Positions 1 to 10,642 of a stretch of DNA of 64,000 nucleotides are shown piece after piece. Location of the stretch: positions 14,884-78,883 of IMG/VR virus record IMGVR_UViG_3300042478_002320; one strand, written 5' to 3'. The notes under the pieces are model-generated. The model worked only from the letters and a program-made list of their open reading frames with translations, did no database searches and was not told the origin of the DNA. Source of the DNA: a virus. Positions within the stretch are counted from its first letter, which is position 1. Each line of letters starts with the position of its first letter. The position numbers and the translations under genes are program-made.

Positions 1-12
1 TTGCCATTTATA

Positions 13-399
13 TTATTTCTTATCCATTTTTTTTAACAAAGCAGAATAATCTTTAGTCAATGCTTTATAAACTGCTTGAGTTTTTGGATTGTGTTCTAAG
101 CTATCCAAAGCTCTTGAATCTAAAATTGATCTTTCAGTCTCTTCTTCAGGATACTCCATATCTTCAGTAATTATTTCCATTAAACCACTAAATTTTTTTC
201 TGAAATCTTTTCTTTCAGATTCTACTTTAGTACTAATAGGCTTCTCCGCAAATTTTTTTGGGGAAGGGCTACTATGATTCTCAGAAATACTTTTAGACTT
301 AGATTCAGTTAATCTTGATTCTAATCTATCAAAATAATAATCTAATTCTTCTCTTATTATTTTTCTAAGTTTTGACTCAATTGAAATTTTATCCATCAT
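13..399 (-). CDS. hypothetical phage protein
   Basis: 128 aa ORF; TATTTATA motif just upstream (409-416). Confidence 0.7.
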   Translation of the reverse strand: MMDKISIESKLRKIIREELDYYFDRLESRLTESKSKSISENHSSPSPKKFAEKPISTKVESERKDFRKKFSGLMEIITEDMEYPEEETERSILDSRALDSLEHNPKTQAVYKALTKDYSALLKKMDKK

Positions 400-422
400 A
401 ACGTTTTATATAAATAGATTAT

Positions 423-2255
423 TTAATTAAATTTTACTTCATTAGTTAATTTTTTTATACTATAATCCAATAATATATCTCCCTTAGAACATTTACTGCT
501 CAATATTAATTGAGATATACATGAATTATCAGCTAATATATCAGGAGTCAGAAGCGAATTATCAGTTATATTATAGTTATTATCAACACTATCATTCAAT
601 AAATACCATCCTCTACAGAATGTGTCATTTCCTATCAATAAAAGTAAATTATAATTTACTTTCTCTGTTATTCCTGTTGCCGAGTTGAATTTATTCGCAG
701 TCATTTTATAAATATATCCTTTACATTCTGCATCTGAATTTACTAACTTAATATTAAAATCTTTCTTATCTAATTTATTAGCATTTGAATCATCTTTACT
801 CGAATCTTCTTTATTAGTAAGTCCATCTCCATCAGATTTTAATACATTTCCGTTAGAATCAACTAATACTCCGCATCCTGACAATGGTAATCCACAATCT
901 ATGTTTATAAATTCAGGCAAGTCTTTATTAGGATCATAATCTAATTCAATATCTTTTGAATTAAGAGTATTTAATAAATTTATGGAGTCTTTTCGAGTTT
1001 GGATACCTGAAGAGTCTTGTCCTCCTACAGATTCGTTGCCACTTCCTCCTCCGTTCGAACCTAATAATCTTCTTGATATAGCATATGGAACTATATTGTT
1101 AATACCAAAATCATGATTATCTAATCTTGGCTCAGGAGGTGGTATAAATGCATTAGGTGGTAGTAACTCAAATCTCATTGATAATATAAAAGTTCTCAAA
1201 ACTTCTAATAAGTTTGTAGCAGGGCCTGTAGGGCCAAATGGCGTAGCAAAAACAGCCATAGCCGATGTTAAGTCTTTTAATTGTTTTGCTAACTCCTGAA
1301 CTCTGTTAACTAATTCATCAAAATCAACATCATGTTCATCTGTAGTTATGTAAAACTTTCTTGCTTCTAATACTACTTTATCTTTCGCTATTACAAATAT
1401 ATTATCTTTTTTAGCATTCAAAACTATTCTTGACGTATCTATTAATATTTGAGGGTTATCAAAATTAGGCACTCCTTTGGTCTCAAATCTTCTTGCCCTA
1501 CCTAATCTAACTTTAGAATATTTTTGACTTACTCCTCCAAATATACCTGTTATATTATTAGATACATTCTCTACTCTATATTTTTGACTTTTAGTATTTT
1601 TAGATTGATTTTTATTTCCCGACATATCGGAAACATCTTCATTTATTGGTCTTTTTTTAGGAGATGCTGATGGTTCTAATGTCATAGCAAACGTAGGATC
1701 TCCTAATTTAGTATCTTTATGATGTTGTGGTTTCTTATAATATTGAGAATCATCTGAAGTTCCTATACCAAGTCTTATAGCGGATCCTCCTCTGTTTTGG
1801 ATGATTAAATCACCTTCATATGGTTGAAGAGGTGCTAAAGGTCTACAGGGGAATGGAAATGTTTTGCCGGGCTCAAAGGGATTGTCCATAACCAAACCAT
1901 TACTTTCCTTAGAAGTAGTTCTCTGAGTTATAGTATGCATTTGATTAATTACCGAATCATCCGTTGAATTCAAAGGATATGGTAAATAATAATACGTTAT
2001 ATTTTTGTGTTTTGGCTGTAACTCATCCTTAGATGGAGCTCTTATTAGCATAACTAATTCTCCATTTAAAGGAGTAAACATATAATTTAATGTGATTGGT
2101 CTTGCATATATATCTTTTAAATTTTCTACATCTGAATTTGCAATTAACCTAACTTTTATACTCCCTATAGGTAGTATATTTCCTTCATTATTTTTTGGAT
2201 TATCATTATATGTTAGTTTACCTGTTTGTACTACCTCTCCTAATATTATTGACAT
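423..2255 (-). CDS. baseplate hub/spike (gp5/gpV-like) structural protein
   Basis: N-terminal OB-fold-like segment; LQPYEGDLIIQNRGGSAIRLG and QILIDTSRIVLNAK beta-repeat motifs typical of large-myovirus spike proteins. Confidence 0.5.
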   Translation of the reverse strand: MSIILGEVVQTGKLTYNDNPKNNEGNILPIGSIKVRLIANSDVENLKDIYARPITLNYMFTPLNGELVMLIRAPSKDELQPKHKNITYYYLPYPLNSTDDSVINQMHTITQRTTSKESNGLVMDNPFEPGKTFPFPCRPLAPLQPYEGDLIIQNRGGSAIRLGIGTSDDSQYYKKPQHHKDTKLGDPTFAMTLEPSASPKKRPINEDVSDMSGNKNQSKNTKSQKYRVENVSNNITGIFGGVSQKYSKVRLGRARRFETKGVPNFDNPQILIDTSRIVLNAKKDNIFVIAKDKVVLEARKFYITTDEHDVDFDELVNRVQELAKQLKDLTSAMAVFATPFGPTGPATNLLEVLRTFILSMRFELLPPNAFIPPPEPRLDNHDFGINNIVPYAISRRLLGSNGGGSGNESVGGQDSSGIQTRKDSINLLNTLNSKDIELDYDPNKDLPEFINIDCGLPLSGCGVLVDSNGNVLKSDGDGLTNKEDSSKDDSNANKLDKKDFNIKLVNSDAECKGYIYKMTANKFNSATGITEKVNYNLLLLIGNDTFCRGWYLLNDSVDNNYNITDNSLLTPDILADNSCISQLILSSKCSKGDILLDYSIKKLTNEVKFN

Positions 2256-2261
2256 TAGTAT

Positions 2262-2609
2262 TTATTTTAAAAAATTATTCGGATGATAATCTACAAGTAA
2301 TTGTTTCTTTTCTTCATCAGAAAGTATATACATTTCTGTAGTCTTTGAAGATTTTTGTGAATTTGCCATGGATCTCTGAACAATACCTGCCATCTTAATC
2401 AAATGATCATCATTCTTTATAGATAAATCAATGTAATCTCTTAGAACAGGCCCTAAAGAAGCAGCATCTTCAGGACTATTAATCATTCCCTCTATGTTAT
2501 CAACCAATTTGGAAATCATTTGATCCTTTGCTTTAGTAGTTATGTAGATATCTTTCATTAAATCTGAAAAAGACATCTTATCAAAAACTAAAGAATCATC
2601 ATTAGACAT
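2262..2609 (-). CDS. hypothetical phage protein
   Basis: 115 aa helical ORF; TATTTATA motif upstream. Confidence 0.7.
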   Translation of the reverse strand: MSNDDSLVFDKMSFSDLMKDIYITTKAKDQMISKLVDNIEGMINSPEDAASLGPVLRDYIDLSIKNDDHLIKMAGIVQRSMANSQKSSKTTEMYILSDEEKKQLLVDYHPNNFLK

Positions 2610-2640
2610 ACTCTACTTTTTATATAAATACAATATAATA

Positions 2641-3324
2641 TTACTTTTTAAAATATTCATTCATAGAATTATTAAAATATCTCTTTAATACATTTATAAC
2701 TTTAGTTATTTTTTGTGTTTTTATACCTGTTCTCTCTCTGACTATAAAATAAATAGCTTTCTTATTGAAAGCATCTATCATATTACGTATCTTAAACAAT
2801 TCTAAAACTGAATCAGCAATTGCTATCTCATCTTCATTTTTAAAAATATTATAGATTTTTAAGTACATATCATCTACCCACCTATCTACGAAAATGTTTA
2901 AGTCCTCTCTATAGTCATCTCTATAGACTTCCGAGATGACATCCCTCTCTTCATCTACGTCATCTAAATCTACTATCTGTTTTATCTGCTTTCTATTTCT
3001 ATAGTTTTTAGTATTTAAAGCAATTAGATAATTCCTACCTGCAACTGTGTAATAGGAATATGCTTTACCCGCTGATTGAGAAAAATTTGGTAGCTTCTCT
3101 GTAATAAAAGATACCAAATCATTCTTCAAATCATCAAATTCTAAATCTATGTAAGGACATTTATATGTATTGATTAAGTTTTCAGCTAACTTATCTAAAG
3201 ATGGATATATTTCTTTACTATATATAAAGTTTCTTTCTTTTATATTTTCTGATAAATTATATCTTATTATAGCATTATCTACATCTAAAGTAAAATAATC
3301 TTTATTCGAGTTCTTCTTCGGCAT
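2641..3324 (-). CDS. phage sigma factor (gp55-like late sigma, region 2-like)
   Basis: YFT...AIIRYN, KLAENLINTYK and EKLPNFSQSAGKAYSYYTVAGRNYLI resemble region 2 of T4-like late sigma factors. Confidence 0.6.
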   Translation of the reverse strand: MPKKNSNKDYFTLDVDNAIIRYNLSENIKERNFIYSKEIYPSLDKLAENLINTYKCPYIDLEFDDLKNDLVSFITEKLPNFSQSAGKAYSYYTVAGRNYLIALNTKNYRNRKQIKQIVDLDDVDEERDVISEVYRDDYREDLNIFVDRWVDDMYLKIYNIFKNEDEIAIADSVLELFKIRNMIDAFNKKAIYFIVRERTGIKTQKITKVINVLKRYFNNSMNEYFKK

Positions 3325-3634
3325 TATCTTCTATTGTGTTCAAAAATTCATTTACAATTTTGTAAGAATCTTCAATAATACCTTTAATTGTATTGAACAC
3401 AAAACCAACTTCATCATCAGACTCGAAAGAACCTCTTCGATCTATTTCTTTTAAGTGACTGAAATCTGTATGAAGTCTAACATTTAAACTACTAATAAAA
3501 TTTATTAACTTTTCATTATCCTCATCTAACTTAGCTAAAGCTTCTTCTAAATTACTTAATTTTTTTGAATTTAGAATAATTAGATAAATGCATATTAAAA
3601 TTATACAAATACATATTAACAACAAAATAAACAT
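3302..3634 (-). CDS. membrane-anchored coiled-coil protein
   Basis: N-terminal hydrophobic helix followed by coiled coil. Confidence 0.65.
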   Translation of the reverse strand: MFILLLICICIILICIYLIILNSKKLSNLEEALAKLDEDNEKLINFISSLNVRLHTDFSHLKEIDRRGSFESDDEVGFVFNTIKGIIEDSYKIVNEFLNTIEDNAEEELE

Positions 3635-3639
3635 AACTG

Positions 3640-4371
3640 TTATTTTTTAGGATTATCAAACATTTGTTTAAAATCATTTAAAGCACTATCAGATTCTTTT
3701 TTAATTTCATTTATAGTATTAATTTTATTTTTTGAATTTTTCCAAATTTTATACTCCTGTTTAGAAGCCATTAAATCTGCCATATGGATTATGTAAGCTA
3801 AATTTGTTCTTAGAGAAGCTGATTCAGATCTTGCTATATAATATGGTTTATTACCATCCTCATATAATCCATCATGTATTTTAATTGCTATAAACTCTTC
3901 CCAAGAAATTTTAACACTAAATTTCTGTAGAGTATATATGCTCAAATCAGGAACTAATGCGAAAGGTATATTATCATTAGTCTTGTATACTTTTCCCATA
4001 TTCTTTCTGTGCCATTCGCTATCATTAGGAATATACTTATCATTACCTTCCCCAATAAATCCTAACTTACCTAAATCATGGTGCATAGCAACAAATACTA
4101 AATTAGATTTAGTAAATCCTGAAAGATCCATGTTCATCTGTTCGTAAAATTCATACAATTTAATGGATGTATCAATAACTCTAAGCACATGATCAATATA
4201 ACCGCCTACAAAAGCATTATGATAATAATCAATAGAACTTGCAGGTGCTAAAACCAATCTATTTCCAAATGAATCGTACATGTTTTTCAACTCTACTTTT
4301 CTATCAGAAAGATAAACTTCAATATAGTTTAAAAATTCACCATACTGTTTTTCAAGAACGCTAACTTCCAT
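3640..4371 (-). CDS. HD-domain hydrolase (YhaM-like 3'-5' exoribonuclease)
   Basis: APAS..YYHNAFVGGYIDH, HHDLGK, IHDG and HMAD motifs. Confidence 0.8.
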   Translation of the reverse strand: MEVSVLEKQYGEFLNYIEVYLSDRKVELKNMYDSFGNRLVLAPASSIDYYHNAFVGGYIDHVLRVIDTSIKLYEFYEQMNMDLSGFTKSNLVFVAMHHDLGKLGFIGEGNDKYIPNDSEWHRKNMGKVYKTNDNIPFALVPDLSIYTLQKFSVKISWEEFIAIKIHDGLYEDGNKPYYIARSESASLRTNLAYIIHMADLMASKQEYKIWKNSKNKINTINEIKKESDSALNDFKQMFDNPKK

Positions 4372-4374
4372 AAC

Positions 4375-4677
4375 TTATAATTTTGTTTTTGTTTTATTAT
4401 ACCAATCCTTTATCTCCTCATCAGTCATACTACTGAACTCATCAGGAGTTAATAACGCATAACCTTGCTTATTGTTTCCTGTATCTATAGAATTATAATA
4501 AATAGGTTCCACAACTAACTCTTCAACATTCTCTTTTGTTAATACTTTATTTCCATTATCAACTATTTTAAAAATAGGTTTAGGCTTTGTTACAACAGAT
4601 ATTTTATAATTTTTTATATTAGGATCTTGATCAATAAAGTCATTTTGCACAATAAAGTTATTAGGTTTATTGTGCAA
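4375..4677 (-). CDS. hypothetical protein
   Basis: 100 aa ORF in the operon; start uncertain. Confidence 0.5.
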   Translation of the reverse strand: MHNKPNNFIVQNDFIDQDPNIKNYKISVVTKPKPIFKIVDNGNKVLTKENVEELVVEPIYYNSIDTGNNKQGYALLTPDEFSSMTDEEIKDWYNKTKTKL

Positions 4678-4685
4678 TTTACGGT

Positions 4686-5678
4686 TTACTGTGTTTTTTT
4701 TTTGGGTTCGGAATCTTTAGAAGCTTTTGGCTTTCTTCCCATAATTTTACTGCCTTTTTTCGTTTTATTATCTAAAACAACTTGATCGTAGGTATCGCTT
4801 ATATCCGTAGGTTCATCTTTTAATAAGTCTAATACATCTGAATTTTTCTTAATAAAATCTTCCTTTTTAGTTGATTTGGATATGTTATTAACTAAATAAC
4901 TTACGGTAATAACTAAAGTTATGGCAAGAGGATCAAATACGAATATTATCATAAGAATAAAATAATTCATTAGATTATCCATAGGTACTTCAGTAACTTT
5001 ACTTAGATAAATTATCGGCCCTAACTCTGCTGCTGCATCATTGTTAGATTCCATTGATAATACTTCTATTTTATAGTTATCTATACTTGAAGATATGTTT
5101 TCTATATCATTTGATACTTTATCTCTTCTTTCTACAGCATCTTTTAATTGATATTCTAATGATTTTCGAGTTTCTGAAGATGATGATACTATCTTCTCCC
5201 CCGATTTTTTATCAATAGTAGATGTCATTGTTCCATTAGATAACCCATTTCTAAGTTCAGCTATATCTTTAACTATAGATTGTTTCTCCTCTTGCAAGGA
5301 TTTTAACCTATCTGATAGATTATCAGATTTGGCTCTAACAATATTTATTTTATTTTCTGCTATATTGTTTCTATTAGATGTTATCTGATAAGCATTAGAT
5401 AAAAATCCATAAATACCTGCTGAAGTTATCAACATCAGAACTACTATAGCTACCGATAAGTAAATCTTTAATGAATTTGGCAATACATCTTTATTCTGAT
5501 GCAATGAATATGCTGCTACTAACTTAGATCCTTCTAATACAGAAGCCATTATTATAACAGATATACCTGCTCCCGCAAATACTTTACTCAATCCGTAAAC
5601 TGAGAAAAAAGCTGCGGAAGCAGATAATAATAGAGCTGATAAAGCTACTAAGAATAATACGAATTTTTCCTTTACCAT
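4686..5678 (-). CDS. multi-pass membrane protein with coiled coil
   Basis: three N-terminal TM helices, long coiled coil, C-terminal TM (IIFVFDPLAI). Confidence 0.75.
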   Translation of the reverse strand: MVKEKFVLFLVALSALLLSASAAFFSVYGLSKVFAGAGISVIIMASVLEGSKLVAAYSLHQNKDVLPNSLKIYLSVAIVVLMLITSAGIYGFLSNAYQITSNRNNIAENKINIVRAKSDNLSDRLKSLQEEKQSIVKDIAELRNGLSNGTMTSTIDKKSGEKIVSSSSETRKSLEYQLKDAVERRDKVSNDIENISSSIDNYKIEVLSMESNNDAAAELGPIIYLSKVTEVPMDNLMNYFILMIIFVFDPLAITLVITVSYLVNNISKSTKKEDFIKKNSDVLDLLKDEPTDISDTYDQVVLDNKTKKGSKIMGRKPKASKDSEPKKKTQ

Positions 5679-5851
5679 AATGACATAAAAAATAATGATT
5701 GTTTTAAGTCCTTTTCCATAGTTTCTAATAACTCTAATAACTTGGACTCATTCATTTGCTTGTTATGAATACTTCTTTTGATGTTAGAAATCATATCTGA
5801 AACTTCAAGTATTTTAGCTTCAGCATTTCCTTTATAAGTTTCCTTAATCAT
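5672..5851 (-). CDS. small hypothetical protein (59 aa, not in ORF track)
   Basis: MIKETYKGNAEAKILEVSDM...FFMSLW; overlaps the start of the next gene; TATTTATA motif upstream. Confidence 0.55.
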   Translation of the reverse strand: MIKETYKGNAEAKILEVSDMISNIKRSIHNKQMNESKLLELLETMEKDLKQSLFFMSLW

Positions 5852-5952
5852 ATTAAAAAATATTTAAACTCATATATAATACATTTTATTTTTGTAATTG
5901 TTTCTAATACTCTATAAATATATTTCAGTAATATTATATAAAATTATACTAT

Positions 5953-6633
5953 CTATGCTTTTTTAGATTCTTCAGCATCATTAGGAGTCATTTTCGTGAT
6001 ATTCTTACTATTCATATAACCAAGTACTCTACGTATTTTTTTACCATACTCACTATTCCTATGCCACACTTTAACTGCATCTTCAATAGTCATCATAGTA
6101 ACCTTAGTTACAAATGAACCTATCTCAGGGTCATCAAAATCTTTCATATTTTCAATCGTAATTGGCTGTTCTTGATTTAATTCATTGTCATTCGCAGGTA
6201 TCCATTTACCTTTTACTATGTCCCAAACTGAAAATTCAGTTCTTTTTATTGTAGGGATATCTCTATTATAATTTACGACAATTTTTGATTTAATAATAGA
6301 ACCTCCAACTACTTCTTTATATTCTTTTGAAAATGGTATCTTAGTTCTAATATCTCCTCCTGAATATAGAAATGCTTGTAAATCAAGATTAGGTTCATAA
6401 TCCATACTTGCAGTTATGCCATAAATCTCAAATGGGTTTTTAGTTATACCCAATTTAGCAAGTAGATTTTTAAGTAATTTTCCTTGCTGACTTGAACCTT
6501 TCATACGAGATACTATATCATCTAAAAATCCTTCATTTATATTCTCAGAAGATTTTACATATTTACCTTCTTTGATAATTCCTGCCAATTTTTGAATTCT
6601 TAGAATTTCCTCATTTACTAATTTCTTTTTCAT
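5953..6633 (-). CDS. hypothetical protein, putative virion internal protein
   Basis: N-terminal 'EEILRIQKLAGIIKE...INE' leader; TATTTATA motif upstream. Confidence 0.65.
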   Translation of the reverse strand: MKKKLVNEEILRIQKLAGIIKEGKYVKSSENINEGFLDDIVSRMKGSSQQGKLLKNLLAKLGITKNPFEIYGITASMDYEPNLDLQAFLYSGGDIRTKIPFSKEYKEVVGGSIIKSKIVVNYNRDIPTIKRTEFSVWDIVKGKWIPANDNELNQEQPITIENMKDFDDPEIGSFVTKVTMMTIEDAVKVWHRNSEYGKKIRRVLGYMNSKNITKMTPNDAEESKKA

Positions 6634-6646
6634 AATTTTTATTTAT

Positions 6647-6755
6647 TATTTATATATAAATATAGTATAGTATTATATTATTATATATTATATATTATAT
6701 ATTATATATTATTTTTTATATTATATAGTATTATATATTTATATATATATATATT
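6647..6755. repeat. AT-only low-complexity (TATATTA)n tract
   Basis: near-pure A/T tandem units between divergent genes. Confidence 0.7.
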
Positions 6756-6821
6756 TTCAAAGTTACAGATTTTTTTTCTAAAAACAATACTTTTTATAAA
6801 ACATTAACAAAACATTAACAT

Positions 6822-7097
6822 ATGAGAGTGATATTCAATAATCCTATAACAAAAATATATGAAGTTGGTATAATTGTAAAAAAATATACCATAAACAAAA
6901 GACAAAAGTTTGATGTTATTTCAGAAAAAGGATCCATGTATTTAGCATTATCTACAAATGTACAAAAAAGTGGTCATATAAATGAAACTTTATCAAAAAA
7001 GTTTGCAGACAGCATCAATACAAACTTAACCAAACTAAATCAGTCTAATTATAGAAATCCTGAATATATACCTAATATTTTAAAAGTAAATATATAA
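6822..7097 (+). CDS. hypothetical protein
   Basis: 91 aa ORF. Confidence 0.6.
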   Translation: MRVIFNNPITKIYEVGIIVKKYTINKRQKFDVISEKGSMYLALSTNVQKSGHINETLSKKFADSINTNLTKLNQSNYRNPEYIPNILKVNI

Positions 7098-7098
7098 T

Positions 7099-7587
7099 AT
7101 GGAAAAATCTGAGGATTACAATAGAATCTTAGAATATTATAAGCAACTAACAAAAGAATCAAAGTTAGATTTTACTAATACTCTTTTCAACATAGGATTA
7201 GATAAAGTAAATGTAATATTAGAAGATTCTTTAATGTCTGATGATGATTATGATTTGTTTTCAGAAAATATTAGTCACATATCGGATGAATTAGATGAGG
7301 ATGATTTCATTGAATATTCACCTGATGATGCTGATAGTATCTTAGACTTGAAGAGAGTAGATGATGATGTAAACAATGATATGTATGTCGTAATAGACAT
7401 AGATAATAATATAATTCATATATACTCTAATGATTTAAAAGATATTGAAAACTACAAATATGAAAATATATTTTTAAGAGGTATGTTTTTTGTAATAGAT
7501 AAGGAATACATAAATAATAAAGAATACAAATATTATGAGTGTGCTAAAATAATTGGTCAATTGGAACAAGATATTTGTTACAATTAG
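7099..7587 (+). CDS. acidic hypothetical protein
   Basis: 162 aa D/E-rich ORF. Confidence 0.65.
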   Translation: MEKSEDYNRILEYYKQLTKESKLDFTNTLFNIGLDKVNVILEDSLMSDDDYDLFSENISHISDELDEDDFIEYSPDDADSILDLKRVDDDVNNDMYVVIDIDNNIIHIYSNDLKDIENYKYENIFLRGMFFVIDKEYINNKEYKYYECAKIIGQLEQDICYN

Positions 7588-7612
7588 ATATATTTATATA
7601 TAAAAACAAATT

Positions 7613-7966
7613 ATGAGTAAAGAACTTCGAGAAATGATTGACAGAGTACGAAACTATAAAAAGTCTGTTAATGAATCCTATGATTTGGTTTCTCAATTTA
7701 AAGGAAATCATCATGGAAATCCAATGCCAAAAAATAAATATTTAAATTCATTAGGTTTAGATGAAGAAGGTATAGAAACTATTCAAATATGGATTAATCT
7801 TATGCAAGATGATAAATCTTGGTTTAGTAAAACATATCCGAAAGGTTCGGCAGATTATGTGGACTTAATTTCATATATTTCAGAAAAAGTAAAAGATTTA
7901 AAATCATTTGTTAAAAAATACAAATCAGTAAATCCTATAAAAGTCGTTAATTTTTTGAAGGACTAA
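7613..7966 (+). CDS. hypothetical protein, putative virion internal protein
   Basis: MSKELREMIDRV...VNE leader; TATTTATA at 7591-7598. Confidence 0.65.
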   Translation: MSKELREMIDRVRNYKKSVNESYDLVSQFKGNHHGNPMPKNKYLNSLGLDEEGIETIQIWINLMQDDKSWFSKTYPKGSADYVDLISYISEKVKDLKSFVKKYKSVNPIKVVNFLKD

Positions 7967-8074
7967 ATTATTATAAATAGTATTTAGTAATTATAGATTA
8001 GTATACTTATAGTATATAATGATAGCCGAGCATTTTTATAACCGCCATCTTAGGAGGCACAAAACTAAAACAAA

Positions 8075-8497
8075 ATGATTAGAAAAGTTAATGAAATTCC
8101 ATACAGCTCTATGGATGTCTTTTTAAAAAACTATTTTGATTCTAAAGATGATTTCTTTTCTGTAAAAGACAGTAAGATAAACTATCCTTTAGATTTAATC
8201 CAATCAGATGATGGATTATTATTGCAAATAGCTTGTGTTGGTGCTGATCTTCAGGATATAAGCATAACAACAACTCTTGATACTCTCAGGATTAAATATG
8301 ATAGACCTAAATTAGATGATAACTACAATTATTTGATAAAATCAATAACACAAAAATCATTTGATTTGGGATATAAGGTTTCAGCTAAATATGATTTAGA
8401 GAAAATAGAAGCAAAACTATCAAAAGGATTGCTAACTATTATGATACATTATAAAGAAAGTCAACAACCCAAATCAATAAATATTATTTCAGAATAA
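8075..8497 (+). CDS. small heat shock protein (Hsp20/alpha-crystallin)
   Basis: NYPLDL, IACVG..DI, AKLSKGLLTI alpha-crystallin motifs. Confidence 0.85.
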   Translation: MIRKVNEIPYSSMDVFLKNYFDSKDDFFSVKDSKINYPLDLIQSDDGLLLQIACVGADLQDISITTTLDTLRIKYDRPKLDDNYNYLIKSITQKSFDLGYKVSAKYDLEKIEAKLSKGLLTIMIHYKESQQPKSINIISE

Positions 8498-8519
8498 ACT
8501 AAAAGCTCGGCTATCTATT

Positions 8520-10553
8520 ATGAAAACAAATACATTTATATTAAAATGCATTCAAAATGCTATACTTTCAGAAAAGTTAAACAAAACATCTAAAATTATA
8601 AAATTAATAGAAATATCTGAAAATCCTGAAAATAATATTAGTCCTAAAAAGAAATTTTGGATTAATACTCTATTAAGAATAGTGGCAGATGAATCTTATT
8701 ATAAAGACATAAAAATAACTAATATTAAGTGGGATGATGTTTTTAAATTGTATGATGATGATTATTCTCCACAAGAAGCATCAGCTATGTTAATACAAAT
8801 GGATGAATCTATAAAATCAAAATCTAAAAATATGTTAAATGAAAAAGATACGAATGAATACGAACCTATTGATATATCTTTTGACCTTAGCAAATTAAAT
8901 ACTAAAAGATATACTGACTTTGAATTTTCTGATTTAATAGATTCTATAAACAGTACACGTGGTCTTAGTAAGAATATAGAAAAAAGATCAGATGGTACTT
9001 ATGGATTTGTAGATATGATTCATAAAAATAGTAAAGATGAGGAACTAAGAATACCTCGTATGCTATTGACACCTGATGCTACAAAGAGAAAAGATAGGGA
9101 AGGTGTTAATTTTGAACCATCAAAATGGGATATAGTTATAGGTAGTAATATATTCAATACTAAAGCAGCTGCCGAAGATGCTCGTTCTAAAGCAATACTA
9201 AAAAGAAAAGACATTGCTCCTTATATTCATAATGATACAATTAAAAGTATTTCTGTATATGATGAGAAAGGTAATTTAATGAATGGAGAAATACTTGATG
9301 CAAGTGGTACTCCTTATAATTTAGATAAATTAAGGTCTTTAATTATGAAAAGACCTGAAACATTGTTAAGTTTTAATGAGAAGTCAGAACATTCTACAGG
9401 AGGTACTGAGAAAGTATTTAACTTAGGTTTACCTGCTTTGACAGGTTTGATTGTTGATGAGAGTGATCCTGAAAAGTCTTTCCATATCGTAAATACATGC
9501 CCAATGGCAGGAAGTTGTAAAGCTCACTGTTTTGCGATGAAAGGAGGTTATGTTCAGTTTGAATCACCTGCATTAAAGATGGTTCAGAAACTTAATTTTC
9601 TTATGAATGATCCTAAAGGTTTTCAAGCTAAATTAGTTAGTGAAATAAAATCTGAATACACCAAAATGAAATCAGATTTTAAAGATTCCACATGGCATTT
9701 ATTGGTTAGATTTCATGATTCAGGAGATTTTTTCAGTGATGATTATTCTAATTTAGCTTTAAATGTTTGTAGAATTTTTAGGGAAGGTACCTATAAAGAA
9801 AATCCTGTGTTATTCTATGCTTATACAAAACAATTAGATGCTAAAGGTAAATTAGAAAAAGAGCCTAACTTTGTTATAAATTTCTCATTAGGTTCAAAAC
9901 AAGGTTCTAAGATTGACCCTAAAATCACAAAATTAGCAGCTGTAGTAGATGATTTACGATTGAATAAGATTACTCCTGATTTAAAAAATAAAATTGTATC
10001 ATTTCTAAAAGATAATCCAAAAACAAGTAAGTATGTTATAGATTATATGAAAAATACTGCTAAATTACCTGATAAAGATAGAGTATCTAAGATTACAACA
10101 TTATTAAATTCTATTAAGAGTAAAGATGCTAAAAGTTTAAAGAAATTATATGAAAGAGAAGTTGTTAATGTAAAAGATACTGCTTGGTTAAAATATGTTA
10201 AAAGGGTAAAGACAGGTAATTTAATTAAACAGTATGAAAAGAAAGATGGTAAGAAAGTGAAAGATAGTCAAGGAAATTATATTTCCAATATGGTAGATGA
10301 ATACAAATGGGAATTTATTTCAGATAGAGCTTGGAAACTCTTCCAAGACAGACTATATAATAGTTATAAAGATACATATGGTATAACTAAAGATAGTATC
10401 ATAAAGTATTCAGATTGGGTTGAATTACCGAGAAGTGAATGGGCAGGGAAAGAGAATGTTGGTGTTTGGAACGTTGTCATCTTGCCCGGAATTGATGGTG
10501 ACTTAGCTGCATCAAGAAGTGATGTACATATATCATTTTTATTAGTACATTAA
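8520..10553 (+). CDS. GP88-like (radical-SAM-like CxxxxxCxxxC) protein with N-terminal extension
   Basis: NTCPMAGSCKAHCFAMKGGY, VRFHDSGDFFS and FYAYTK motifs of the Gene product 88 family. Confidence 0.75.
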   Translation: MKTNTFILKCIQNAILSEKLNKTSKIIKLIEISENPENNISPKKKFWINTLLRIVADESYYKDIKITNIKWDDVFKLYDDDYSPQEASAMLIQMDESIKSKSKNMLNEKDTNEYEPIDISFDLSKLNTKRYTDFEFSDLIDSINSTRGLSKNIEKRSDGTYGFVDMIHKNSKDEELRIPRMLLTPDATKRKDREGVNFEPSKWDIVIGSNIFNTKAAAEDARSKAILKRKDIAPYIHNDTIKSISVYDEKGNLMNGEILDASGTPYNLDKLRSLIMKRPETLLSFNEKSEHSTGGTEKVFNLGLPALTGLIVDESDPEKSFHIVNTCPMAGSCKAHCFAMKGGYVQFESPALKMVQKLNFLMNDPKGFQAKLVSEIKSEYTKMKSDFKDSTWHLLVRFHDSGDFFSDDYSNLALNVCRIFREGTYKENPVLFYAYTKQLDAKGKLEKEPNFVINFSLGSKQGSKIDPKITKLAAVVDDLRLNKITPDLKNKIVSFLKDNPKTSKYVIDYMKNTAKLPDKDRVSKITTLLNSIKSKDAKSLKKLYEREVVNVKDTAWLKYVKRVKTGNLIKQYEKKDGKKVKDSQGNYISNMVDEYKWEFISDRAWKLFQDRLYNSYKDTYGITKDSIIKYSDWVELPRSEWAGKENVGVWNVVILPGIDGDLAASRSDVHISFLLVH

Positions 10554-10642
10554 TATTGCTATATTAAACATAAATTCTATATCTTTAATAAATACACATA
10601 AAATAATTAATTAATTTTTAGTATCTTTACTAAAAAATTAAT

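Noticed and set aside
6647-6755. AT microsatellite as a functional element
   Set aside because: Low-complexity tract in an AT-rich genome with no supporting evidence
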